From assembly GCF_001447785.1 (NCBI RefSeq), contig NW_015162514.1:506274-570273 (forward strand): 64,000 bases of DNA. The letters run 5' to 3'. This document shows positions 23,301-36,814 of the stretch, in pieces. Made by a program: the position numbers and the translations under genes. How positions within the stretch are numbered: position 1 is the first letter of the stretch; each line of letters opens with the position of its first letter. The notes under the pieces were generated by a model, which was not told the DNA's origin, made no database searches, and saw nothing but the letters and a program-made list of their open reading frames with translations. The stretch is from Gekko japonicus (Eukaryota).

Positions 23301-25037
23301 GACGTGCAGATCTGCCCTCACAGAGGAGGGAGAGCTTGTACCTGAATAAAACTTGGTCTTAAAGGTGCCACTGGACTGTTCTGGATTGGTAGCTTATGGG
23401 GGGGGGGCACACACATGCAGATCTGCCTTCACAGAGGCGGGAGAGCTTGTACCTGACGGCGGGCTGGGGGGGGGGGGGGCCGGCACTTACCTTGTTGCTT
23501 TTTNNNNNNNNNNNNNNNNNNNNNNNNNNNNNNNNNNNNNNNNNNNNNNNNNNNNNNNNNNNNNNNNNNNNNNNNNNNNNNNNNNNNNNNNNNNNNNNNN
23601 NNNNNNNNNNNNNNNNNNNNNNNNNNNNNNNNNNNNNNNNNNNNNNNNNNNNNNNNNNNNNNNNNNNNNNNNNNNNNNNNNNNNNNNNNNNNNNNNNNNN
23701 NNNNNNNNNNNNNNNNNNNNNNNNNNNNNNNNNNNNNNNNNNNNNNNNNNNNNNNNNNNNNNNNNNNNNNNNNNNNNNNATCCTCTGCTCACACACCCTC
23801 CCGCTGCCCGTGCTCACAGCCGCCTGCAGCCAGGGTTCCCTCTAAGCTGAGTTAGTGTGAGCTGGCTCACAGTTTTTTTTTTTAGCCTCTGGCTCACACA
23901 TTTTGGTCTCCGCTCGGGAAGGAGGGCTCCAGAGCAAACTAACGCAGTAGCCAAATCACTCGCTCACAGCTTTAATGCCGGTAGCTCACAAAGTAGAATT
24001 TTTGCTCACAAGACGCCACAGCTTAGAGGGGGCATTGCCTACAGCCCTTTCTCCAGTGGCGCTGGGCAGTGCTCGCAGCAGGGAGCATGAGTGGGGGAGC
24101 GCCAGCAATGGAGTGTTCAGGGAACATGAGCAACAGCAGGGTCTACTGGAAGCTCTGGGCCCTGGTGGCTATATTAGGCGACACACCCCTAATGTAGCCA
24201 ATCCTCCAAGAGCTTACAGAGCTCTTCTTACATAGGCTACTGTAAGCTCTTGGAGGATTGGCTACATTACGGGTGTGTCGCCTAATAGGCAAAGGAGTTC
24301 CTGCTACAAAAAGAGCCCTGTGACATACGCGGATGCCGGCCAGGATGGATTCCAAGACAGCTGTTTCTACCTTTTCTGCAAGGGAAGGTAAAGGTAAAGG
24401 TTCCCTTGCTCGAAAGCCAGTCGAATCCGACTCTAGGGTTGCAGTGCTCATCTCCGTTTCAAAGCCGAAGAGCCAGCGCTGTCCGAAGATATTTCTGTGG
24501 TCATGTGGCCGGCATGACTAAACACCAAGGCGCACGGAACACTGTTACCTTCCCACCGAAGTGGTACCTATTTATCTACTTGCAATTTCTTGCTTTCGAA
24601 TTGCTAGGTTAGCAGGAGCTGGAACTAGAGATGGGAGCTCACTCCATCATGCGGCACCCGGGTCTCGAACTGCTGAACTACTGACCTTCCACAGCCTGCA
24701 GTTCAGCGTCTTAACCACTTGAGCCACAGCAGCAAGGGAAGACAGGCTAGCTATTGCCCTGGGAGAACCAGGGCCTGAGCAGAGTGATAGCTTCAGGTCC
24801 ACTGACACTGGTAGGGTCGCCAGCCTCCAGGTGGGGCCTGGAAATCGCCAGGAGTTACAATGGATCTCCAGACTAGTTCCCCCTGGAGAAAATGGGTGCT
24901 TTGGAGGATAGACTCTACGCAGAGGTGTCGAGCTCATTTGTTACAAGGGCCAGGTCTGACATAAATATCCCTTTGTTCGGCTGGGCCATGTGTGCCGTGA
25001 AATGTGATGCCCGGTACCAGAGATATAAACGTTATAA

Positions 25038-25302
25038 ACCAGTTTGGCGTAGTGGTTGAGTGCGTGGACTCTAATCTGGGAGAACCAGGTTTGATTCCCC
25101 AGTCCTCCACTTGCAGCTGCTGGGTGACCTTGGGCAAGCCATAGTTCTCTCAGAGCTGTTCTCTCAAGGGCAGTTCTGGAAAGAGCTCTCTCAGCCCCAC
25201 CTACCTCACAAGGCGTCTGTTGTGGGGAGGGGAAGGGAAAGGAGTTTATAAGCCACTCTGAGACTCCAAGTGAAGAACGGGGTATAATCTCTTCTTCTTC
25301 TC
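25038..25302 (+). mobile_element. tRNA-derived SINE with (CTT)n tail, Squam3-like (also 6565 -, 13033 -, 18990 +, 27100 -, 29478 -, 33063 +, 34498 +, 54560 +)
   Basis: Head ccagtttggcgtagtggtt...ggtttgattcccc with A/B boxes; tail tcttcttcttct. Confidence 0.85.
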
Positions 25303-25356
25303 TATAAAGGACTCAGGCAAACCCAATGAATAATATTATTTTTGCCCTGACCAGGG

Positions 25357-25535
25357 TATCCCGGGGCAAGCCCGATCTCATCAGATTTCAGAAGCTAAGC
25401 AGGGTCGACCCTGGCAAGTAATTGGAAGGGAGACCTCCAAGGAATACCAAGGCCGGGAGGCAGGGGCAGGCAATATCAAATCACCTCTCTGAAATGTCCA
25501 AATCCCACCACAGGTCACCAGAAGACACCATGACT
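25357..25535 (+). mobile_element. 5S rRNA-derived SINE (also near 1011 -, 3055 -, 13395 -, 39265 -, 41795 +, 63933 -)
   Basis: gcccgatctcatcagatttcagaagctaagcagggtcg...gggagacc is degenerate 5S rRNA, followed by a shared non-5S tail. Confidence 0.8.
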
Positions 25536-26046
25536 TCCGGGCATACAAGCACATGCACACACACACTCAAAACCCCACAAAAATATTATTTTTTACTCAA
25601 AATACAAACATGCTTAAAACATTAACACTTTTACAGTATTTCCTCGCAGTATCTCCCTGATGCCCACCCTCCCACTTCTGCCACCCGTTACAGATTAGCG
25701 CTGGGACAGTAAATAGGGACATAATGCACAGCCTCTGTCATCTGGCAGTAGAGGTAATGACCAGATGCTCGCAGGCCGGATAAGAGCTCTGGACGGGCCG
25801 GTTCTGGCCCGTGGGGCACCTATTTGACACCCCTACTCTACTCTATAGCATATACCCTGGTGAGGTTCCTCCCTTCCCCAGCTCCACCCCCCCAAATCTC
25901 CAGGAGTTTCCCAATCCGTAGTTTCCCACTCTAGACACAGGACACGTGTGAGCTGTACAGACAGATCCCAGCCGCAGGGCCAGTTTGAACACGCAGATGC
26001 TGAATGGGCAGCTGGTCTTCCTGAACCCCTCTCGCTCTCTCTTTAG

Positions 26047-26481
26047 ATTGTGAAATTACTCCTCCAAGCTGGGGCAGACGTGAACGTGACCGACCGCTAC
26101 GGCTGCTCCGCGCTCCACAAAGCCGCGACCGCAGGACACCTGCCCATTGTCTGCCTCTTGGTAGAGGGAGGCGCCACCGGAATTAATGGAAGGGACGATC
26201 TGCATCTGACCCCGCTGCACCGAGCGGCCAGTAGCGGTCACGTCGGCATCACCAGCTGCCTCCTAGACCACGGAGCCGACGTCAACGCAGCTGGCTGGCT
26301 GGGCAAGACGCCGCTGCACCTTGCGGCGGAAAAAGGACACTACTCTTTGATGGACCTTTTAGTGAGCAAGGGAGCGGACCGCACACGCAGATCGTGGTGG
26401 AAGGAGACAGCCAAAGCGCTGGAAGCTGAGAGGCCTGGTTCAGGAGACATCTCCGGCCAAGCCATCCTTGGGCCCCCCTAG
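26047..26481 (+). CDS. ANKRD65: ANKRD65 last coding exon (protein about 391 aa from ATG 18604)
   Basis: ctttag|ATT GTG AAA; GCSALHKAA..., AGWLGKTPLHLAAEKGH resembles human ANKRD65 TGWLRKTPLHLAAERGH as recalled; TAG at 26479-26481; synteny with MRPL20 and CCNL2. Confidence 0.93.
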   Translation: MVKLLLQAGADVNVTDRYGCSALHKAATAGHLPIVCLLVEGGATGINGRDDLHLTPLHRAASSGHVGITSCLLDHGADVNAAGWLGKTPLHLAAEKGHYSLMDLLVSKGADRTRRSWWKETAKALEAERPGSGDISGQAILGPP

Positions 26482-29400
26482 TTTTCTCGTATCCGTGCCC
26501 CGCACTACCTCCTGACTCTGCCCCCCGGCTCGTCCGATCCAGTGTTGATGGACCGTATTTTAAATGTGTTTATAGTTTTGCAATGTCTAACTATTCCGTT
26601 ATAATAACACCAACACAGTGTTGTTGTATATAGGTACGTTTCCATCCAACCGTATTATGAATTAAGGGTGGCTCAGAGGTGAAGACGTTGAGCTGCAGAC
26701 CGGAAGTTCGGTGGCTCAGCAGTTTGAGACCCGAGTGCTGTGTGACAGAGTGAGCTCTCGTCTCTGGCCCCAGCTCCTGCCAACCTAGTGGTTCGAAAGC
26801 AAGAAACTGCAAGTGGATAAATAGGTACCGCTTCGGTGGGAAGGTGACAGCGTTTCGTGCGCCTCGATGTTTAGTCATGCTGGCCACGTGACCACGGAAA
26901 CATCCCCGGACAGTGCTGGCTCTTTGGCTTCCAAACGGAGATGAGCACCGCCCCCTAGAGTTGGATTCAACTGGCTTTCGAGCAAGGGAAACCTTTACCT
27001 TTAGTTTATATTATGAATTATATGCGAAGATTATTCATTCGTTCATTCATTCATTCATTCACTTTCTATCCCATTCTCCCTGCACAGCAGGCTCAGAGCG
27101 GGGAGGAGAAGGAGGAGGAGGAGATTGGATTTATACCCCGCCCTTCACTCGGAGCCTTAGAGCAGCTCACAATCTCCTTTCCCTTCCCCTCCCCACAACA
27201 GACACCCTGTGAGGTAGGTGGGGCTGAGAGAGCTTTCCATAACTGTCCTTGAGAGAACAGCTCTGGGAGAACTATGACTTGCCCAAGGTCATCCAGCAGC
27301 TGCAAGTGGAGGAGTGGGGAATCAAACCCGGTTCTCCCAGATTAGAGTCCACGCACTTAACCACCACACCAAACTGGCTCTCTATAAACATAGAGAACGT
27401 TCAAATCCACATTTAGCCACGAAGCTCTGATCGTGAGCCAGACCTTCTCTCTCGGCCTCACCTACCTCGCAGGGTGGTTGTGAGGATGGCAGGGGGACAG
27501 CCATGCATGCCTTGAATTCCCTGGAGGCTGGGTTGGGGAAATCAAACACAGGCGTGGTTAATAGATAAGAGCAAAGTGAAAATGGAGTACAGAAGAAAGG
27601 GAAGGGCAGCGGCAGAGAAGTTCAGGAAAGGCACGGAGTCTGCACTCCTAGGAAGGGACATTTTTGATGTATTGGTGCCAGGAGAGTCCTGCCAATTATT
27701 ATATAAATAATTGAATAGTGGGTGCCAAAGATCTAATTCTAAAATGCACTCCCTTAGTGTATGGCTGCTGGCACTGCTCCTCAGCATAATATGCCACCAA
27801 TCAGAAGGCAAAGCCCGGGTCCCGCCCACACCACAACTGCTGCGACAACCTGGTCTTTTGCATATGGAAGCTGACTGGACTTCACTCCATTCCACACCTC
27901 AAACTCCCTCCCCCCGCAAGGCAGTTGGAATGTCAGTTGCATATGGAATCTGCTGTATTCTGGTGGTGTGCAGGTCCCAGATTCATGTTTTAAAAGCAGA
28001 CTAACACTGTTTGCCCAAAGCCAGAGCACTCTCCCAGAGCCTCTTTCTAGATCCCATTGTATTTATTTCCACAACGGGCCTTATTTCTAGTTATATATAA
28101 ACAAAGGAAATTCACCCTTGGCATGAGTGAGCAAGCATGTGGCTATGCTGTAGCCCTAGATAACTGGACCACATTGTGGGATTCAATTATTCACAATTAG
28201 GTGACCTACTTGAACTAATTGAACAGAAAGGTGGGGGGGGGGAATGGAGACACAGGCAGACGGTAAGGCAATTCCATAATAGGATAGGCATTTACCGCAA
28301 ACAAAGATGCTGCAGTGTGATCCCTGGGTCTAATTATCACTTGCTCATCTTGAGAATAAACTGTACAGAGAAAACCACTAAGGAGTTTTTTCAGGCACCT
28401 TAAAATAATAAACTGTGTATTGCCGGGGGGGGGGGGGATTCTCTAATACATTATTGTGGGTGAAGCTTTCATGGACTACAGCCCACTTTATCTGTGCATG
28501 AAATGTTACCTTCCGTGGGCAGGCGCATACATTGAGACGTAGGTCTTAACAGAAACAGGGCCCAGTCGGAAAGGGGAACATAAGAACATAAGAGAAGCCA
28601 ATGTTGGATCAGGCCAATGGCCCATCTAGTCCAACACTCTGTCACACAGTGGCCAAAAATACCAGGTGCCATCAGGAGGTCCAGCAGTGGGGCTAGGACA
28701 CTAGAAGCCCTCCCACTGTTGCCTCCTCCCCCCAAGCACCAAGTATACAGTGCTTTCAAACTGCTAAGTTGGCAGGACCTGGGGCCAGAGACGAGAGCTC
28801 ACTCCACCACGTGGCACTCAGGTCTTGAACTGCCAAACTACAGACCTTCTGGCCTGCAGTTTAGCAGATACCGAGAAAAATCTGTGGAAATCACTACAAA
28901 TGATTAAAAAACAAATATATATTTAATCAGCTATTTTTTCCAACTAATTATACTAATATACTGTTTCTTGACCATCATGTACTAGATGAAGTTCTTAAAG
29001 CGAACTAATAGAAAAATGAACTGGTTCTCAAAATTTAACAGGTAAACTGACCAAGTCCAACAAATATTTCAATGCAACCTCATATATGGCAGCATTAATC
29101 TAAAATAACATTCAGTGTGGATTGGGTCCCGAAGTTCAACAGGTAAGTTTTCGAGATTCACCAAAATCCAACAAGTAGCTCAATCCAATTTCATGTACGG
29201 GATCATTAGGTCAGTCCAACCTCATGAATGGGGTCATATCCTTTACAGATTCCTTCCTGAAGCGCGGTATGTTGACATTTATAGACTGTAGCACCAGGCT
29301 CAAACCAACTTCCTACACAGGCACAAACCTTACCAACAAAGATGTCATCCAATTTGATGCGCAAGCTTCACAATGCTAACGGATTGCTAGCTTTCCCCCG

Positions 29401-30039
29401 TTTCGACAAGACTTTCTCGAAGGCAAAATTACTTCTTAACAGCAAGCCATTGCAATAAATGCAAGAATAAACTTTTTAGAAGAAGAAGAAGAGACTGGAT
29501 TTATACTCTGACCTTCACTTGGAGTCTCAGAGCGGCTTACAATCTCCTGTCCCTTCCCCTCCCCACAACAGACACCCCGTGAGGTAGGTGAGGCTGAGAG
29601 AGCTCTCTCGAGAACTGCCCTTGAGAGAACAGCTCTGAGAGAACTGTGGCTCACCCAAGGTCACCCAGCAGCTGCATGTGGAAGAGTGGGGAATCAAACC
29701 TGCTTCTCCCAGATTAGAGTCCGTGCTCCTAACCACTACACCAAACTGGCTTTCCTAAGTCCTGACATCACAAAGAAACAGCACCGGGAAGAAATTATCT
29801 TCTAACTGTAGGCAGTCTTCTTGAGTAGTTTGCAGGGGAGCGGATCTTTATCACCTGGCGATCCAATGTCATTCCGGGAGATCTCCAGCCCCCACCTGGA
29901 GGCTGGCAACTTGAAATACTGAACTGTCCAAAGCAAAACGAAGAAGACTGTAAGGAATCACAGGAGGGAACACCGTCTGCTAAATCCCACCCCGCCCCTC
30001 AAAATACCCCCCCCCCACACACACACACACACGCACAGG

Positions 30040-30610
30040 ATTCTCTTAAAATCTCACGGGTCTGCGTAAATCCACTCGTCCTCCTACCATCCGAGAATCG
30101 CCCGGCGCACGCCCCCTCTCACCCGCGCCTGCGCACTGCAGCCCGGAAAAGGAGCTTCGCGGGCGCGCGGCGTCCGGCTGTCCTTCTCGTCTCCTCTGCA
30201 GCGGGCCGCGATGGTGTTCCTCACGGCGTCCCTTTGGATCCGAACCCGCAAGACCGATCGCTTCTGGAGGAAGTACGACGTGCTCCAGCATGCACGGGTA
30301 AGGGCGCTGCACCATCCTCCGGTACCATTTTGCAACCGGGGTTCGCATTTTCTAAAAGGAAAATTGTGCATATTTCAGAATTTCCTCTTCTTTTTTTTTA
30401 AATCATGCATGGATAGTTTTTAAGAGGGCGTTGCAACGCGGCGCTGCCGCGGCCGATTGCAGCGGATTTCTACCGTGTTTAATGGGGAGGGGGAGGGACG
30501 CATCCCTCCCGGGCCCCGTGCTCCGGAGGCGGCTTCCACGCGACGCTAAAAAGTAATATTTAGCACTACGGAAAACAACAGCAGCTCTGCCTTCTGCGGG
30601 ACGCCCAGCG
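30040..30610 (+). promoter_or_regulatory. MRPL20: MRPL20 CpG-island promoter with NRF1-type and ETS-type motifs
   Basis: CpG-dense around the ATG; CGCGCCTGCGCA at 30124-30135 (NRF1 consensus); CCGGAA at 30143-30148. Confidence 0.8.
30211..30297 (+). CDS. MRPL20: MRPL20 (mitoribosomal bL20m) exon 1
   Basis: MVFLTASLWIRTRKTDRFWRKYDVLQHAR; donor CGG|GTAAGG. Confidence 0.96.
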
Positions 30611-30859
30611 GTTTAAAAGATATTTTTGAAAACCGTTCCCAAAAATGAAGGTATTATGGGATGGCATGGCCTGCCCGAGGAGGTGTCAGGAAAGCTCCCG
30701 ATCGCCTTCCACAAACTATGCAAAACTATTCAAGAGGGCGTTTCCGCTCAGGTTAATAGGCCTGCACTGTACAAAATGGGTCACAAACTTAACTTGGATA
30801 AATGGTTGGGACTTTTGGTCTTGACCGCTGTGTATAGCATATTGTAAGTAGACTCCTCC

Positions 30860-31425
30860 AAAAGGACATGGCAGAGCTGGGGAAAGTACATAGGAGGGCA
30901 ACCAAGATGGTTAGGGGGTTGGAGCACCTTCCCTATGAGGATAGGATGCAAAGTCTGGGACTTTTCCGTTTAGGACAACTAAGGGGGACATGGTAAAAGT
31001 TTATACAGTCATGCATGGGGTGGAGAGAGCTGACAAGGAGAACTTTCTCTCCCAATGAAGCTGATGGGCAGTAGGTTCAGGATGGACAGAAGGAAATACT
31101 ACTTTACATAGAGAGTGGTGAAAATGTGGGATTCACTGCCAGAGGTTGTAGTGATGGCCACAGGAATAAACAGCTTTAAAAGGGGATTAGGTAGATTCAT
31201 GGAGGAGAGGTCTGTCAATAGTTCCTAGCCGTGGTGACTGAGGGAGACCTCCACATTTAGAGGCCAGTCAACCTGTGAATCCTAGAGCCAGGAGGCAGCA
31301 TCCTGGGAAGACCTTGACCTCTATGCCCTGTTTTTTGGCATCCAGAGGAGCTGGTTGGCCACTGTGTGAGGCAGGATGCTAGACTATGGGTCTGATCCAG
31401 CAGGACTTGTCATATGTTCTTATGA
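30860..31425 (+). mobile_element. CR1 LINE 3' fragment in MRPL20 intron 1
   Basis: RRATKMVRGLEHLPYEDR...WDSLPEVVV; 3' UTR matches the 126-bp satellite unit. Confidence 0.85.
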
Positions 31426-32391
31426 AGGCCCCTGCCAAGAGGGGCTTTTGCCCAACGGGGTTTCTGATGGGCCATTGGAGATTTGATTGGCTGTGCATTT
31501 TTAAAAAAACATTGCTTTGGCAGCAGCTGCTACCAGAGCACAAGTATCTTCACTGTGATTCAAAGGTAAGCTATGGCAGCTATTCTGTGGCTGGCTCTAC
31601 TTCCTGTGGCAGCCGTTTTGTGGATGTGCCTGCCATATTGTGTCAAAATTCCCAAAGTCCCCACGGGCTCAAAAAGATCGGGGACCTTTGGCTTAGGTCC
31701 CCGTGCTGTATCTGAATACTCCTATTTTGGAGTGCGGATCAGAAAGGTCAGGTATAAGTGTATCCTCTCTGATCATTCAGGAAAAGGATGCTTAAAATGT
31801 TCCTGATTTCCCCCCTCCAAAACGCTCCAGTATTTCCAGTTTCTGGGTGGGTGGGGATAGGCTGTACATATCCCTAGCCACTGTCACTTTCATTGTGATG
31901 TGTTGAACGCGATGGGATTGGAGTCTTAATAAACGCGCCGAGGATTTGGGCTGTTAGTGGATTAATCTTCCAGCAGAGTCAATGGAAATTTACAACTCTG
32001 TCAAGGCGTTTGCTTGTTCTAAGGGTTTTCGGGGTGCTAAGCGGAAGGGTGGGACTCTGTGCTGTATGGCAGAAGGTGGGGCCCACCTAGGGTGGCCAGG
32101 TTCCCCCTGGCCACCGGCAGGAGATGTTGACAACCTGGGAGTTGCTAGATCCAGGTTGGGAAACTCCTGGAGATTTGGGGATGGAGCCTGGGGAGGACAG
32201 GGACCTCAGTGGGGTACAGTGCCACAGAGTCCCCCCTCCAAAGCTTTCATTTTCTCCAGGGGAACTGATCTCTGTAGTCTGGAAATGAGCTATAATTCTG
32301 GGGGATCCCCAGGTCACACCTGGAGGTTGGCACCCCTGCCCCCACCCGTTAGTCATCAACGATGGCCTCACCTTCTACATTCTCCTTTCAG

Positions 32392-32502
32392 CACTTCCGT
32401 GGACGGAAGAACCGCTGCTTTGGCTTGGCCGTCCGAGTGGTCCGCAGAGCTATGGTCTACGCTACGAATGCCAGATCTCTGAAAAAGAGGGACATGAGGA
32501 AG
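32392..32502 (+). CDS. MRPL20: MRPL20 exon 2
   Basis: ttcag|[37 protein letters not shown]|GTAAGG. Confidence 0.97.
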
Positions 32503-33455
32503 GTAAGGACCCAAAAAGTCGCCAAGACGCTTACAAGATTCTAGTGCATGATAAAAAAGTTAATTATTCCCATACTATATATATACACCATACTCATACT
32601 ATGGGAATAATTAACTTATTTCTTTTTCAGTTCTGGAATTATTTGAATATCACATTGAAGATGATGAAGCTATTGATTAAAAATTTCAGTGTTTTATTTT
32701 GTACTCCATTAGTACTCAAATAATCAGTAAGAATAAAATTCGGATTGAGATAAATAATGAAGACAATATTTAGGTTTTTCGTATAGAAGGCCATTCAGCT
32801 GTTAAAGATGTGTTCTCTTTTATCGTTAATATACTATTGCTAATTTTAGGAGAGTTTTTGTTCATTCCTTAAAGAGAGACTCGAACCCCAAATTCTGTAA
32901 TATTGATGCTGTATTCATTGTTTCTATATTTGAATTATGTAATACATTTGGTAATACATCTGATTTCACTTGTTGTACGGAACGATACATAATATTTAAT
33001 AAACTTGATGAATCTATATTTCCCCCTCACCTTCTTCCCTTCTGTATCCCACTTTTTTTTTTGAGAGCCAGTTTGGTGTAGTGGTGAAGTGCGCAGACTC
33101 TAATCTGGGAGAACCGTGTTTGATTCCCCACTCCTCCACTTGCACCTGGCTGGATGACCTTGGGCAAGCCGTAGCTCTGATCAGAGCTGTTCTTGAAAAA
33201 GAGCCCTTTCTGTCAGAGCGCTCTCAGCCCCACCTACCTCACAGGGGAGGGGAAGGTCTGTTGGGTCTGTTGTGGGGAGGGGAAGGGAAGGGAATGGAGT
33301 TTGTAAGCCGGTCTGAGACTCCTTCAGGTAGTGAAGGGCGGGATATAAATCCAATCTCTTCTCTTCTTTGTCATGAGAAAATAATAAAAAATAATTTTTA
33401 AAAAAAGAATCTAGAACTTGGAAACTCAGTCTTCCTTTTTGTTTTTTACTTTCAG

Positions 33456-33533
33456 TTGTGGATTACAAGGATCACGGCAGGTGCTCTTGAGCACAGCCTG
33501 AAGTATCACCATTTCATCAGTGGTCTTTATAAG
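33456..33533 (+). CDS. MRPL20: MRPL20 exon 3
   Basis: ttcag|LWITRITAGALEHSLKYHHFISGLYK|GTAAGT; L20 signature region. Confidence 0.97.
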
Positions 33534-36500
33534 GTAAGTTGCTCTCTTCCTTCTCTCTCGCCTCTCCTGGGTTCAGTGATGGACCTACATTTTTGGGACG
33601 CTGAAGCTTGAACTGTTATGGGGGGCCCTTCTCAACCAGCAACAATAGGGCAGCGGCCAACAAGGTCCAGAGGGCTTTTACTGCCCTCGCAAGGACCTCG
33701 AGGCTTGAATGGTGGAGAATGGGGTGGTGGGGTGGAGCCCTTTGAAAATGGGCCATACAGCGAGCCTCTTCCCACCAGTCCTGGGCAGTGTTCCCTCTAA
33801 GTTGAGTTAGTGTGAGCTCGCTCACAGTTTTTTAGCCTCTGGCTCACACATTTTTGTCTTAGCTCAGGAAGGATGGCTCCGGAGCAAACTAACTTATGCA
33901 GTGGCCAAATCACTGGCTCACAACTTTAATGTCAGTAGCTCGCAAAGTAGAATTTTTGCTCACAAGACTCCACAGTTCAGAGGGAGCATTGGTTCCGGGT
34001 AACCGCTGTTATCTTCTTCCATGGGGTTGTTCCATGGCAGATCACCACCATTTTTGTAAAAAATGTAACCATTACATCTCAGATTTTCCTCTCTCTCTCG
34101 ATGCGCAGGCTCTTTTGAAACAACATACAGGAATTTGTGTTGCTTCTCCAACAATTAGAGCATGGCTTGCCTGTGTTCAGTTGTAGAAGACTTTTACATA
34201 TTCTCCAATTTCCATATTTATCTGGGGGGATTTCTGTTTTCTTGTAGCAGTCCCTGGTAAGGCACTGGACCTAGCTTTGTCCCTTGCAGATGCCTTGTTA
34301 AGATGTTGTTGGCGTAGTGGCTTGAGCTATCATTGTTCAGCTTTTTGTCCAGAACCTAGAAGCGAAATCTCAAGGAGGAGAAAGGATGTGTCTTCGCTCT
34401 AGGGAAGTAAGAACACTGCGGCCAACATTTTATTTTATTTATTTATTTTCATTGCATTTATACCCTGCCCTTCCCACGAACGGGCTCAGGGCGGCTACAT
34501 GGTGTAGTAGTTAAGAGCGGCAGGCTGTAATCTGGAGAACCGGGTTCAATTCTCCACTCCTCCACATGAAGCCTGCTGGGTGACCTTGGGGCAGTCACAG
34601 TTCTCTCTGAACTCGGTCAGCCCCACCTACCTCACAAGGTGCCTGTTGTGGGGAGAGGAAAGGAAAAGCAATTGTAAGGCACTTTGAGACTCCTTAGGGT
34701 AGAGAAAAGTGGGGTATCAAAACTGACTCTTCCCCTTCTTCTAAACGCACTTCAGCTGCAGAGGAGATGTATTTTGAACTCTCGATCGTATATGGTCGGG
34801 CCAAATTAAGTGCACCTTTAGCTCAAAGAACAATCTGGTTTGGTTTTTAAATCTGAAGGAGTGAATAATACAGCAACCAGAGAGAGAAGAATTTAAGTAA
34901 CATGTCCTGATATGTGTGGAGAGAGAGGGGGTGGAGGACAGCATCCATGGTATGAATATTGGGGTGTTAAGCAAGCATCTTTAAGATTCAGGGTGGTGGC
35001 AGCAAAGTAGGTATTACATGCAGGTGTACTTTTACGTTGTAATTTGCTACACGACATTCGAGCGAAATTTCTGGAAGTCCCCCTTAGCAAGGTAGCATGC
35101 CAACCGGACGGAAGCAAGCTACACTACCTCCTTACTTCTCGAGATTCGGAGATTATTGAATTGCCAGGTTCTTTTATGGTCTTATAAAACGGGAAAATGT
35201 CCCCGATCATTCTAATTGAGTTCAATGAGTTTGTATAACTTAATTCAAGGTTTTGCGGCTGGGCAAAATTTTATCTTGCTATAATTTAAGCTTATATAAA
35301 TAGACATACCTTTGTAATGCTTTTAGAAGTTATTTATTTTCCACAGATTTTATAGGATTGTTTTACCCTAATGGCAACTGTTTAATACTTTATGCCAATA
35401 NNNNNNNNNNNNNNNNNNNNNNNNNNNNNNNNNNNNNNNNNNNNNNNNNNNNNNNNNNNNNNNNNNNNNNNNNNNNNNNNNNNNNNNNNNNNNNNNNNNN
35501 NNNNNNNNNNNNNNNNNNNNNNNNNNNNNNNNNNNNNNNNNNNNNNNNNNNNNNNNNNNNNNNNNNNNNNNNNNNNNNNNNNNNNNNNNNNNNNNNNNNN
35601 NNNNNNNNNNNNNNNNNNNNNNNNNNNNNNNNNNNNNNNNNNNNNNNNNNNNNNNNNNNNNNNNNNNNNNNNNNNNNNNNNNNNNNNNNNNNNNNNNNNN
35701 NNNNNNNNNNNNNNNNNNNNNNNNNNNNNNNNNNNNNNNNNNNNNNNNNNNNNNNNNNNNNNNNNNNNNNNNNNNNNNNNNNNNNNNNNNNNNNNNNNNN
35801 NNNNNNNNNNNNNNNNNNNNNNNNNNNNNNNNNNNNNNNNNNNNNNNNNNNNNNNNNNNNNNNNNNNNNNNNNNNNNNNNNNNNNNNNNNNNNNNNNNNN
35901 NNNNNNNNNNNNNNNNNNNNNNNNNNNNNNNNNNNNNNNNNNNNNNNNNNNNNNNNNNNNNNNNNNNNNNNNNNNNNNNNNNNNNNNNNNNNNNNNNNNN
36001 NNNNNNNNNNNNNNNNNNNNNNNNNNNNNNNNNNNNNNNNNNNNNNNNNNNNNNNNNNNNNNNNNNNNNNNNNNNNNNNNNNNNNNNNNNNNNNNNNNNN
36101 NNNNNNNNNNNNNNNNNNNNNNNNNNNNNNNNNNNNNNNNNNNNNNNNNNNNNNNNNNNNNNNNNNNNNNNNNNNNNNNNNNNNNNNNNNNNNNNNNNNN
36201 NNNNNNNNNNNNNNNNNNNACATTTTATTGAAGGACATATTGCAAAGTGACAAAGCATATAATGCATCATGCACAGGTGTTGAAATATACATGCACGTTT
36301 TTACACGTTTACGTGTCAGAAGGGCACTTCGCAGTATTGAGCACAGAGTGTTTGATCATTTTTGTTAGTTATATACAATAGAATGCAAGAATTAACAACC
36401 TCCAACTGACCCATACAAATGCCTGGAGTTAATAAGACCTAGTAAAGGTTTCCCTTCCTCGAAAGCTAGTTAAATCCAACTCTAGGAGGCGGTGCTCATC

Positions 36501-36814
36501 TCCGTTTCCAAGCCGAAGAGCCAGCGCTGTCCAAAGACGTTTCCGCGGTCATGTGGCCAGCATGACTAAACGTTGAGGCACACGGAACGCTGTTACCTTC
36601 CCACCAAAGCGGTACCTATTTATCTACTTGCAATTTCTTGCTTTCGAACTGCTGGGCTGGCAGGAGCTGGAACTAGAGACGGGAGGTCACTCCATCATGC
36701 CGCACACTCGGGTCTCAAACTGCCAAACTACAGACCTTCTGGTCTGCAGCTCAGCGTCTTAACCTCTGAGCCACCGTTGTGCCCCATAAGACCTAGTAGG
36801 AGAGGTTAAATATT

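Noticed and set aside
25038-25110. tRNA gene
   Set aside because: SINE head continuing into the SINE body.
25357-25460. 5S rRNA gene
   Set aside because: Degenerate and fused to a tail shared by many dispersed copies; a SINE.
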